Notes under the pieces: model-generated
Databases searched by the model: none
Told to the model about the DNA's origin: nothing
The model's input: the letters and a program-made list of their open reading frames with translations, nothing else
Made by a program: the position numbers and the translations under genes
In this document: positions 31,637-39,871 of the stretch, in pieces
How positions within the stretch are numbered: the first letter of the stretch is position 1
Layout: each line of letters opens with the position of its first letter
DNA from: a virus
Virus record (IMG/VR): IMGVR_UViG_3300045988_102880
Span: 1-45,006 of that record
Length of the DNA stretch: 45,006 bases
Reading direction: 5' to 3' (one strand)

Positions 31637-32892
31637 TACGCGCTATGACCCCTTCTCATTGCCATAGGAGAAATGCTGTACCTCAATGCATCTATCCAAT
31701 GATCGTTACCATCCGGATAATCTGCGATAACTTCTCCATTTTTATCAATTTCATGCTCATATTCTATAATTTCTTTATATGCTCTCGGTGTTCTTGCTGG
31801 ATCTATAACAATCGTGCGGCATTGTAACCATTCGAATGTGTATTTACGACTTCCTGGCGTTACAATGGCTTTTCTTGCAGGTATGCCTGCATCTCGGAAA
31901 TCAATAACGCTTTCGTCTTCATCGACGCCGCAATAGATAACATAGTCATCATATTGTTTTGCTTTGATCTGATCAGCCATCGCAGCAACACGTATTTTAC
32001 ACCCGCCCATTTCGTCCAAAAGAATGACCTTTTCCTGATTAGGCACATATGCCGCACGTATAAATGCCTTTGGATCTGGCCACCAACCCCAGTCCTGTCC
32101 TTGATATATGCTTTGATAATTTTGGATCTCTTCATCCGTTATTGTTTTGATTTCCAGTAAATCAAAAACATTAGTGCCAAGTCCAACAGGAATACCAAGA
32201 TATTCATGTTCATAAGCTCTCGGATTTGTATTTTTTAAATGTTCAGCGTCATTAATAAACTGTTGCCCCAGCCATTCAATAGGAACTGATCTGTAATCGC
32301 TTTTATGCCGGAAGCTATCCGCTCTAGGTTCGTTAACATATGTGTTCGCCCAGTTGCTCCGGCTGATCGGTGGATTAAATGTTTTAAACACTACGAATTT
32401 GCTGCCACCACGGAGAACAGACTGTTGTACTGTACGTATTTCTTCGATTCCAGAAAATTCGTCAAGTTCTTCAAACCACAAATATTTAAAATACCCTTTA
32501 CTCGCTTTGATAGATTTCGTCTTTTTTGCCTTATCCAGTCCTCTAAATATAATCTTCTGGCCTGTCGGCTTATAAGTGTACTGCATAGGGCTTACGCTTG
32601 TACTCCACAAATCATTAGCATTGAGCGCATCAATTCCCCATGCGATCTGCTCATATACAGATTCCCTGAGTGTATTGCCAACCTTTCGGAATATAACCGC
32701 ATTGGACATTACACCATTTTCTGCATCCTGCATCATCAGGAGTGGAATCATCACACCCACAAAAGAAGATTTTGTAGACCCACGTCCACCATACAAATCA
32801 TAATAGGTGTGCTTTTCGTCCAGAATATCCCAGAACACGTTGTAAAAGGCAGGAGCTATGATTTTCTTCAAATCAACAGAATTATTATTCAT
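31636..32892 (-). CDS. terL: Terminase large subunit (PBSX / Terminase_3-like)
   Basis: Walker A YGGRGSTKSSF; 418 aa; follows terS. Confidence 0.9.
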   Translation of the reverse strand: MNNNSVDLKKIIAPAFYNVFWDILDEKHTYYDLYGGRGSTKSSFVGVMIPLLMMQDAENGVMSNAVIFRKVGNTLRESVYEQIAWGIDALNANDLWSTSVSPMQYTYKPTGQKIIFRGLDKAKKTKSIKASKGYFKYLWFEELDEFSGIEEIRTVQQSVLRGGSKFVVFKTFNPPISRSNWANTYVNEPRADSFRHKSDYRSVPIEWLGQQFINDAEHLKNTNPRAYEHEYLGIPVGLGTNVFDLLEIKTITDEEIQNYQSIYQGQDWGWWPDPKAFIRAAYVPNQEKVILLDEMGGCKIRVAAMADQIKAKQYDDYVIYCGVDEDESVIDFRDAGIPARKAIVTPGSRKYTFEWLQCRTIVIDPARTPRAYKEIIEYEHEIDKNGEVIADYPDGNDHWIDALRYSISPMAMRRGHSA

Positions 32893-33286
32893 CCTGTTCC
32901 TCTGGCCTTGGAATATTGTTAATTATGGTGATTCCGCATGAATCATTTTTATTTGTTTCTGCCTTTTCAATACGTTTCATAAGCTCTCTTCCCGCTGCCA
33001 TTCTTGTATCAAGAGAAGCATCGAATCCAAATTGGTCTTTTATTTCCCCTCTCATCACAGCGGAATAAAATTCTTGAATTTCTGTTATATTTGCAATTCG
33101 TTTGCTCTCAATTTTCTTTTGCCGCTCCTGTATATACTCAGATACAGACGGTTTTGACAAGTTTTCAGTTCCAATTTGTCTCGCTGACCGTGCGCTATAC
33201 CCCGCTTTTTTCGCCGCTTCCGTAGCATTTCCGCAGGCCAAATATTCGTCAGCAAACATTTTCTGCTTTGGCGTCAGCTCGGTCAT
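32885..33286 (-). CDS. terS: Terminase small subunit (Terminase_2-like)
   Basis: LTPKQKMFADEYLACGNATEAAKKAGYSARSARQIGTENLSKPSVSEYIQ. Confidence 0.85.
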   Translation of the reverse strand: MTELTPKQKMFADEYLACGNATEAAKKAGYSARSARQIGTENLSKPSVSEYIQERQKKIESKRIANITEIQEFYSAVMRGEIKDQFGFDASLDTRMAAGRELMKRIEKAETNKNDSCGITIINNIPRPEEQDE

Positions 33287-33301
33287 TATCACCACCTACC
33301 A

Positions 33302-33562
33302 TCATTCCCAGTCTGCCAGCACTTCCCATATCTCCTTCAGTGTCATAATCACATCATACTGTGACGCTGTATGCATGATTTCATAGTCTTTTGTCTTCCA
33401 CTTCTCCCTCACCGGCATCAACACCGGTGTAGATATGGTGTACATGGTTATCATTCGATTCTGCTCTTTACTGTAAAATTGATTTGTATTTATCTTTATC
33501 TGCAACTGTTTGGTTAATAATGCCCGTTGCAACTTCTTTATAATCTGATTAGGATTTCTCAT
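33302..33562 (-). CDS. Hypothetical protein, 86 aa
   Basis: Same-strand ORF directly upstream of terS. Confidence 0.5.
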   Translation of the reverse strand: MRNPNQIIKKLQRALLTKQLQIKINTNQFYSKEQNRMITMYTISTPVLMPVREKWKTKDYEIMHTASQYDVIMTLKEIWEVLADWE

Positions 33563-33598
33563 CTCTTTCCATTATCACCCCTTTTCCGCATCTTTCTA

Positions 33599-33901
33599 TC
33601 AGCACATTTTCCCTTCCATTCTCAAAAACCTGTAAAACTGCTCCGCAACCTTGCGTTTATATGCGTAGAAATCATCCGCTTTTGCTAATATCGCCCGCCC
33701 TCGCTTGATCTGAGTCTTGTACCCGGTTCCGGTCGTGAGACTGTCGTATACCGGTACTTCCAGCCCGTATGCAGAGGATATGCAGCACTGGAAAAGCAGC
33801 AGTGATTCCTCCCGGCTCAGATGCTTGCAGTATTCATATAGCTTTTCTATATCCTCCGGCCAGACTCCGTGATCCACTAGGCTCTTTTCCCGTGTCCGCA
33901 T
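33599..33901 (-). CDS. Hypothetical protein, 100 aa (late regulator suggested by position only)
   Basis: ORF located two genes upstream of terS. No motif recognised. Confidence 0.45.
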   Translation of the reverse strand: MRTREKSLVDHGVWPEDIEKLYEYCKHLSREESLLLFQCCISSAYGLEVPVYDSLTTGTGYKTQIKRGRAILAKADDFYAYKRKVAEQFYRFLRMEGKMC

Positions 33902-33916
33902 ATGTTTTACCTCCTA

Positions 33917-34102
33917 CTACTTCACAAGGCTATCCATTTTGACAACAAATCCATCAAAATTTCTAGTTTCTATATAATGGTTTGTATCAAAAAACATTAT
34001 TTCCTTATCCTTTGTTACCCCTATACTCATGCCGTTTTTCATCAACGCAGTTCTCAATATCGTTAAGGCCGCTTGAATATCTTCTTTTGCCGTATCAGTC
34101 AT
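33917..34102 (-). CDS. Hypothetical protein, 61 aa
   Basis: Same-strand ORF: MTDTAKEDIQAALTILRTALMKNG... Confidence 0.45.
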   Translation of the reverse strand: MTDTAKEDIQAALTILRTALMKNGMSIGVTKDKEIMFFDTNHYIETRNFDGFVVKMDSLVK

Positions 34103-34268
34103 CGTCTACACCAAATGCCTTTCTCAAATCATGTACTACTTTTTCTGCCGGCTTCTGCAAACTGTTATATGTTGGTCTCAGTTTGCATTTTTCTCTATAT
34201 CCATCACAAAGAGTTCCGTACAGATATAAATTCCTGCAAATTCCATCCTGTTCAGCGATGCATTTTTT

Positions 34269-34403
34269 TTATTGTTCATCCCATCCATCCTCTCTGTTAT
34301 TCGGACACTCCGGGCATCTGCACACCAGCTTCCCGTCATCGTTAAGATAGCAATCATCACCGTACCCGCTGCACTCATAGCAGTAATCATAGTCTGGATC
34401 CAT
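34269..34403 (-). CDS. Cys-rich micro-protein, 44 aa (not in the ORF track)
   Basis: MDPDYDYCYECSGYGDDCYLNDDGKLVCRCPECPNNREDGWDEQ. Starts 3 nt after the upstream stop. Preferred over listed ORF 34178..34390. Confidence 0.45.
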   Translation of the reverse strand: MDPDYDYCYECSGYGDDCYLNDDGKLVCRCPECPNNREDGWDEQ

Positions 34404-34405
34404 GC

Positions 34406-34963
34406 TCAGTCACCATCCACTTTCAAGTCATCCATATATCCTCCATACTCATCCAGATCACATTTCTTCCGCCAGTAATCCTTGCTGTTTCTTTTGCACT
34501 TCCGGCATGGCAGCTCCCAAGGCTCCACATGCTCAAATGCGCAGCCGCAACAGCCGTCCGCATTCTCTTTCATGGCAAGGATCTCATCCCTGCCACGCTC
34601 ATAGCCTTTTTCACATTCTCCGTCATTATTGTTGCCTTTCTCATCCAGTGAATTATAAATGTGTAAATACATCTCAAAATCGTCAGGATCCATCTTGTCC
34701 GAAAGGAAATCCAAGAAATCTTTATTCCGCAAGCATTCTTCCGGCGTTCCGATTTTCCGGTATTCATCCCACATGGCTGCTTCATCGTATGTAAGGACTC
34801 TGGCGTTAAAAGGGTTGCTTTTCTGGAGTTTTGATACCCGTTCTATCGAATCCACGACATCTTTCAATGTCATGGTTCCACCAAAAATAGTATTCACACG
34901 ATCTTTTAATTGGCTATACTCCTGCATATCTCTCAACAGGATTTCTACTTCATTCCCCTTCAT
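34406..34963 (-). CDS. Hypothetical protein, 185 aa, Cys-rich C-terminus
   Basis: ..ENADGCCGCAFEHVEPWELPCRKCKRNSKDYW.. Confidence 0.55.
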   Translation of the reverse strand: MKGNEVEILLRDMQEYSQLKDRVNTIFGGTMTLKDVVDSIERVSKLQKSNPFNARVLTYDEAAMWDEYRKIGTPEECLRNKDFLDFLSDKMDPDDFEMYLHIYNSLDEKGNNNDGECEKGYERGRDEILAMKENADGCCGCAFEHVEPWELPCRKCKRNSKDYWRKKCDLDEYGGYMDDLKVDGD

Positions 34964-35336
34964 CGCTTTCCTCCATTTCTGTCAGCTTGGCTTCTGCTTC
35001 CTCTCTAGTGATATACAGCACCTTTCCAATATCGTCCGCCATAAAAAGAAGATGTCTTCCATATTTATCGGTAACTTCCAACGCGTATGAATTATCAAAA
35101 AGCACGATTCTCTCTACACTCATTCGGATAATCGGCTCTCTTACTTCCTTATTAATCCGGTACACAATGTCATTCGGTCTGCACGGCAACCGCAGCAACA
35201 ATCCCCGCTTTTCCAGATCTTCGAGTTCTGCCAGTTTATTACAACACTTACTATGTCCATTTGATCTTATTTCCGGATCTGGAATAGCCTGTCTTTTTTC
35301 GCCATCGTCAATCCATTTTGTTAATCTTTTCATCAT
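34950..35336 (-). CDS. Hypothetical protein, 128 aa
   Basis: ORF 34950..35390 trimmed to MMKRLTKWIDDG, just after the YopX stop. Confidence 0.5.
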   Translation of the reverse strand: MMKRLTKWIDDGEKRQAIPDPEIRSNGHSKCCNKLAELEDLEKRGLLLRLPCRPNDIVYRINKEVREPIIRMSVERIVLFDNSYALEVTDKYGRHLLFMADDIGKVLYITREEAEAKLTEMEESDEGE

Positions 35337-35340
35337 ACAC

Positions 35341-35754
35341 CTACAACAGCTCTGAATTGTCAAATTTATTGCCGACAATTTTTGCATCAACCATGTTTAT
35401 CCAATACCCTAAATCTTTTCTCATGTATTCTTTATCAGTAACTGACCAGTCCACATAAAATCCAACATGCTCTGTTTTTGTGCTATCAAAGCAGCTTTGA
35501 TAACTTCCGTATCTAATCGGTGCTATCGTGTCACTAAAGAGATATTTTACCAAATCACCCTCCCAGATCTTCTTACCGTTCTTGTCGATCAGACCTGTGT
35601 ACTGGCAGATGGTCTCTGGATCAACTAAAAACTCACATTTTCCATCGTTTATGTGATTTTCGTCTTCCAAATACCCTTCTACCCATGTTCCATCTAAATG
35701 TTTGTTCTCCGGGCATACATGCATATGCTTCCCACGGAAAAGAATCTCTCTCAT
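35341..35754 (-). CDS. YopX-family protein
   Basis: MREILFRGKHM...VEGYL...QYTGLIDKNGKKIWEGDLVKY...GNKFDNSELL. Confidence 0.75.
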   Translation of the reverse strand: MREILFRGKHMHVCPENKHLDGTWVEGYLEDENHINDGKCEFLVDPETICQYTGLIDKNGKKIWEGDLVKYLFSDTIAPIRYGSYQSCFDSTKTEHVGFYVDWSVTDKEYMRKDLGYWINMVDAKIVGNKFDNSELL

Positions 35755-35903
35755 ACCTCATCCTCCACATATTCTGGACAGTCCTCTGCAAATTCGTAGC
35801 TGTCCATATCGTCACACTGGCATCCGCAAGATTCCGATTTGTTACAGCAGATGCAGCACTCGGTCTCGCCATCCAGACATTCTCTGGTACAGTGTTTAGC
35901 CAT
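35751..35903 (-). CDS. Cys-rich acidic micro-protein, 50 aa
   Basis: AGGAGGTATGAT precedes the ATG; MAKHCTRECLDGETECCICCNKSESCGCQCDD. Confidence 0.45.
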   Translation of the reverse strand: MAKHCTRECLDGETECCICCNKSESCGCQCDDMDSYEFAEDCPEYVEDEV

Positions 35904-35904
35904 A

Positions 35905-36618
35905 TCATACCTCCTGCGGTTTCTCATACCGCTCAAACTCGATCACCCAGACGTAAGGATTTGCATCCCAACCATACCGGTCAAGGTCGGATTTCTTGAT
36001 GGTTGATTCCCACAGCCAAGCAAATTGCTCCTTTGCAATCCCGTACTCTGGGTCTACTTCTGTTCCATAATTTTTTTCACCGTATCCGATATCATCATAG
36101 AAAAGGTTTCCAACACCTTCGCTTTCTGCCCCCTTTGGTGTTATTTCCTGCAACCGCTCCACTCTCACATTTGTAACCTTAAGCCAGATTCTAGCCGCTG
36201 CTTTCGGCATGTGGATGGATGGGTGCCATTCTGGTTCACTTTCCGCCATAGATTCATACATCTTTTCAAATTTTTCATCTGGGAGATGCACTTCTCGACA
36301 GCCTTCGTTTTCCTGGTCTTCAGATGCTCGATATACTATATAGGCCATCTTGCTTTCATCGTCCATATTGCTGATACCCCATGTTTCTCGAACATACAGG
36401 AGGTCACCCGGCTGATACGGCAATTTGTAAAATCCTTCGCCGTATCCATCGGCATACACCCCTCTACAAGATATATATCCTTTAGGAGTAAATGCTGTAT
36501 ATCCCCATAATGCATCATCTGGAATAAATCCTTTCGCAATCCGCCGTGTGCAGGTCTTCCGCCCGTCCAAAATCGCCCGAACCATTTCGGTGTTAAATAA
36601 TATCGGTTTAATTGCCAT
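35905..36618 (-). CDS. ASCH/PUA-like domain protein
   Basis: KPILFNTEMVRAILDGRKTCTRR...GDLLYVRETW...WHPSIHMPKAAARIWLKVTNVRVERLQEI...NPYVWVIEFE. Confidence 0.6.
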   Translation of the reverse strand: MAIKPILFNTEMVRAILDGRKTCTRRIAKGFIPDDALWGYTAFTPKGYISCRGVYADGYGEGFYKLPYQPGDLLYVRETWGISNMDDESKMAYIVYRASEDQENEGCREVHLPDEKFEKMYESMAESEPEWHPSIHMPKAAARIWLKVTNVRVERLQEITPKGAESEGVGNLFYDDIGYGEKNYGTEVDPEYGIAKEQFAWLWESTIKKSDLDRYGWDANPYVWVIEFERYEKPQEV

Positions 36619-36901
36619 CTGCACCACCGCCTTTAACGATCTCGATTGCTCTTTTAACGCTTATTGCTTTATAGTAGTTATGGCATCCCGGATTAGATTT
36701 TCCATACAGTTTGTTTGACTTAGCTTCACTCATTTTCTGTCCGTTCTTTTCCAACTGCTCCACAACCTTGTCCTGGTCGTATATTTTTTCTGATCTGCAT
36801 AATTCTTCAATCTGATATACGATAAAATAATCACAGGTTCCACGATTAGAAGTATTTATGAGTTCCATCACATCATCTACTCTTACATATTTACCGCTCA
36901 T
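36608..36901 (-). CDS. Hypothetical protein, 97 aa
   Basis: AGGAGGCAGTG precedes the ATG, which overlaps the Lar-like stop. Confidence 0.5.
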   Translation of the reverse strand: MSGKYVRVDDVMELINTSNRGTCDYFIVYQIEELCRSEKIYDQDKVVEQLEKNGQKMSEAKSNKLYGKSNPGCHNYYKAISVKRAIEIVKGGGADGN

Positions 36902-37080
36902 CACTGCCTCCTGTTCCATTCGGAAATTACCTCACTCAGGTTATGTCCTGCCGGATAAGACACTACCGGCACAGGACAATCAGGATTGTTGCACTTTACC
37001 ATATACATCATTCCTCCACTTGACCAATGTTCGATTTTTGGTGTTTTTCCACAGAACGGGCACGGTTTAAGTTTCTCCAT
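36901..37080 (-). CDS. lar: Lar-family restriction-alleviation-like protein, 59 aa (not in the ORF track)
   Basis: MEKLKPCPFCGKTPKIEHWSSGGMMYMVKCNNPDCPVPVVSYPAGHNLSEVISEWNRRQ shows LKPCPFCG ... V.C..C ... WNRR. Confidence 0.65.
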   Translation of the reverse strand: MEKLKPCPFCGKTPKIEHWSSGGMMYMVKCNNPDCPVPVVSYPAGHNLSEVISEWNRRQ

Positions 37081-37246
37081 CAGCTTCTCCCTCCCTATCT
37101 TTCACACAGCCTACTCTATGTTCATAGCAGGCATATGCCAGGTTTCTACCTCTTACTCTCATATATGCAACAATTGTTCCGTCCGCTTTGCATTTCTTGC
37201 GTTTTTTATCCAGAAATTCGCAGTTTCCATTACAGTACATACTCAT
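37067..37246 (-). CDS. Cys-rich micro-protein, 59 aa
   Basis: GGAGAGGAGA precedes the ATG, with an ATGA overlap with the upstream stop. MSMYCNGNCEFLDKKRKKCKADG.. Confidence 0.45.
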   Translation of the reverse strand: MSMYCNGNCEFLDKKRKKCKADGTIVAYMRVRGRNLAYACYEHRVGCVKDREGEADGET

Positions 37247-37845
37247 TCTCCTCTCCACGGCTCCGGCAGTGGCATCCAAGCGATTACTTTATACGCCTTT
37301 GTTCCACCGCACCCATCTGAATATTTATCCCATTCGAGATACCCATATTTCTTCTCATTCCAGTATCCCGCGTCTCCAAATTTCAGATAGTTTGCAATTC
37401 CACAAAATACCTCTGGCTCTCCATACGTCTTTTTAAGAGTTACAAGATACGCTCTTTCATCTTCCGGCAACCGCTCACTCACCGGTATCCACCGGCTCTT
37501 CTTCTCCAACTTCGTCAGCTCATCAATCTCATGCCCTTTCGGCTTCCAGAGATGCAAGCAGTTCTCAACATCATTCACGTACTGGCTATTCTTCGGATGG
37601 ATCTGATAGGCTTCTTCCTCATACTCGAAAAAGATGTCCTTCAGAACACACATATCGTCCCAGCTCGGCATCCTGAACTGTTTCTTTGGCGATACGGATA
37701 CATGTTCCATGCCGTCCTCGCAGTCACTCCAGATTACACTGCACTTTCCGCATTCTGGCAGCTTCACCCAGGCTGAGTGAAACTGGAACATAATCTCATG
37801 TCCCCAGATTCTTTCATTTTTTAAGATTTCATCAAGTTTTTTCAT
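37243..37845 (-). CDS. DUF551-domain protein
   Basis: C-terminus RWIPVSERLPEDERAYLV...YKVIAWMPLPEPW. Confidence 0.65.
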   Translation of the reverse strand: MKKLDEILKNERIWGHEIMFQFHSAWVKLPECGKCSVIWSDCEDGMEHVSVSPKKQFRMPSWDDMCVLKDIFFEYEEEAYQIHPKNSQYVNDVENCLHLWKPKGHEIDELTKLEKKSRWIPVSERLPEDERAYLVTLKKTYGEPEVFCGIANYLKFGDAGYWNEKKYGYLEWDKYSDGCGGTKAYKVIAWMPLPEPWRGE

Positions 37846-37852
37846 CTTCTAT

Positions 37853-37918
37853 CCTCCAACTCATCAGTTGAGTTAATTTAACTCGTTAATTGAGTTAACT
37901 CGAGTTAAGTTGAGTTAC
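37853..37918. repeat. Cluster of direct and inverted GAGTTAA heptamers in the methyltransferase / DUF551 intergenic region
   Basis: TTGAGTTAA at 37868, 37890 and 37910 (the last ends in C); GAGTTAA at 37902; TTAACTC at 37878 and 37895. Palindromes ttaactcgagttaa and aactca-N5-tgagtt are also present. Confidence 0.8.
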
Positions 37919-39735
37919 GCAAACCGGAGTTGCCCGGTCTGTTCTGCCTGTATCCGCATATTCGGCATTCTCTCCGCCACACAAAGCTCTGGCAGATTAG
38001 CTCTGACCATTGCTGCCGGAATCGGTGGGCATACCGCATTTCCACAACGCTTGACCTGCTCTGCTCTCGGATATATCTTTCCGGTGTAATCATGATCTAT
38101 TATGTAATCTTCCGGGAATCCCTGGCATCCGTACAGTTCCCGTGGTTCCAGCATCCTCAGCCCGATATCAACAATCTGATAATCTACCCCTGCAATGGTC
38201 ACAAGCCCAAATCTATCTTTGGTCGTAACAGTATCAAGCGGATTTTTGATATCCTGTCCGGTGCAATCACCGTAATATTTAATTAAAAATGCTCTGACTT
38301 CTCCAAAGTGCCCAGGCGATGTGGTCACAGTATGTAATGGCTCCCTAATATCCTGCCCAGTACCGCTCTTATAAAATTTGCTTAAAAATGATGTAACCAG
38401 TCCATATCTGTTTGATCCATCCACTGTCATGATCGGGTCTTTAATTGTCTGCCCTCGGACTTCTCCTCGTGCGGTCTCGGAATGGTACTGAATCAGTGTT
38501 GGACTGATTAAACATTGCTGGTTGCCGGTTGTAATGGTATGCAACGGATCTTCGCAGCTTCCGCCCGGATGATTGGTTGTATTGGTGCCCATATATGGTG
38601 CAAGTTTAGGCTCAATAAGACAATGCTCATTTTTGCTCACAATCGTAGTCAGCGGATCTCTTACATCCTTACTTCTATCCGCCGCGAATCCTGTCTGACC
38701 GATCTGTACCATATATGGTTCACATAAATAATGTTTTCCATTTCCGACGATGGTGGGTAATGGTTTCTCCACATCATGCACTCTTGGGGCTTGTCCATAC
38801 CTTTCTCCGTAACCAATAGGTATCATATAAGGCTCTACCACACCGTAACCATGTTTCCCAGTGATAGTCGGCATCGGCTCTCTGATGTCGTTCGGTCTAC
38901 GCTCACCGCCATGATTGCATTGGATGATAAAAGGTTCCGGATTTTCCAGTACAAATTTTTTCAATCCTCTGGCAATACGCTCCATTGTCTTGGGTGCCAG
39001 TGGACGTACCGCCCGGATCCCGTACTTTTCCTTGATCTCTTCGGATGTATCAAAGATACTCGGGCACGGCAACGAAAAATCAAGCTGCGTATATGCTCCA
39101 ACATATGCCTTTAACAATCCGGCTTTTACCGCCTCACTGTCTGCCGGTCCATGTGTCGGCTCTGGCCACATAATCGGCACTCCATCACACCTGGCGATCA
39201 GAAAGAACCTTTTTCTCATAGTCGGTGCACCGTAATCTGCTGCCACAAGCTCCTTTGTCTGTACTTCATATCCAAGCTCCTGCAACTGTTGAATGAACTT
39301 CTGATAGGTTTTTCCTGTCTTACTTTTAATCGGTCTATGGCTCCGGTTTAACGGTCCCCAGGTCTTAAATTCTTCCACATTTTCCAGCATGATAACTCTA
39401 GGTCTCACAAGTCCCGCCCATCGGCAGGCTACCCATGCCAGACCTCTGATATTCTTGTCCTTTGGCTTACCGCCTTTAGCTTTTGAAAAATGCTTACAGT
39501 CCGGTGAAAACCATGCCAGTCCTACTGGATATCCTCCACAGGCTTTTACTGGATCTACCTGCCATACATCCTCACAATAATGTTTCGTGTTAGGATGATT
39601 CATCTTGTGCATTCGGATGGCTTCTGGATCATGATTGATGGCTATGTCCACACTGTATCCTGTTGCCAGCTCAATACCAGTGGAAGCACCGCCACCACCA
39701 GCAAAATTATCTACTATCAATTCACCGTGAATCAT
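37915..39735 (-). CDS. DNA (cytosine-5)-methyltransferase with seven tandem TRD-like repeats
   Basis: Motif I VDNFAGGGGAS, motif IV FSPDCKHFS, motif VI MLENVEEF, C-terminal RMLEPRELYGCQGFP and GNAVCPP. Between them are 7 x [D/E/N/K]P[LMI]xT[IV] modules. Confidence 0.85.
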   Translation of the reverse strand: MIHGELIVDNFAGGGGASTGIELATGYSVDIAINHDPEAIRMHKMNHPNTKHYCEDVWQVDPVKACGGYPVGLAWFSPDCKHFSKAKGGKPKDKNIRGLAWVACRWAGLVRPRVIMLENVEEFKTWGPLNRSHRPIKSKTGKTYQKFIQQLQELGYEVQTKELVAADYGAPTMRKRFFLIARCDGVPIMWPEPTHGPADSEAVKAGLLKAYVGAYTQLDFSLPCPSIFDTSEEIKEKYGIRAVRPLAPKTMERIARGLKKFVLENPEPFIIQCNHGGERRPNDIREPMPTITGKHGYGVVEPYMIPIGYGERYGQAPRVHDVEKPLPTIVGNGKHYLCEPYMVQIGQTGFAADRSKDVRDPLTTIVSKNEHCLIEPKLAPYMGTNTTNHPGGSCEDPLHTITTGNQQCLISPTLIQYHSETARGEVRGQTIKDPIMTVDGSNRYGLVTSFLSKFYKSGTGQDIREPLHTVTTSPGHFGEVRAFLIKYYGDCTGQDIKNPLDTVTTKDRFGLVTIAGVDYQIVDIGLRMLEPRELYGCQGFPEDYIIDHDYTGKIYPRAEQVKRCGNAVCPPIPAAMVRANLPELCVAERMPNMRIQAEQTGQLRFA

Positions 39736-39868
39736 CTTTTCGCATTCTCCTCATCTGCCGGTTATTCGCATTCACTAAATGTGCTTGCTGTCCAAACTGT
39801 TTCCCGTATCTGCTCATACCTACCAGCTGCCCTGCGGCTTTGGTCTTGGCATATTTTGATTTACTCAT
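39722..39868 (-). CDS. Basic micro-protein, 48 aa (not in the ORF track)
   Basis: GGAGGTATAGGTT precedes the ATG. MSKSKYAKTKAAGQLVGMSRYGKQFGQQAHLVNANNRQMRRMRKDDSR. Overlaps the methyltransferase start by 14 nt. Confidence 0.4.
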   Translation of the reverse strand: MSKSKYAKTKAAGQLVGMSRYGKQFGQQAHLVNANNRQMRRMRKDDSR

Positions 39869-39871
39869 AAC

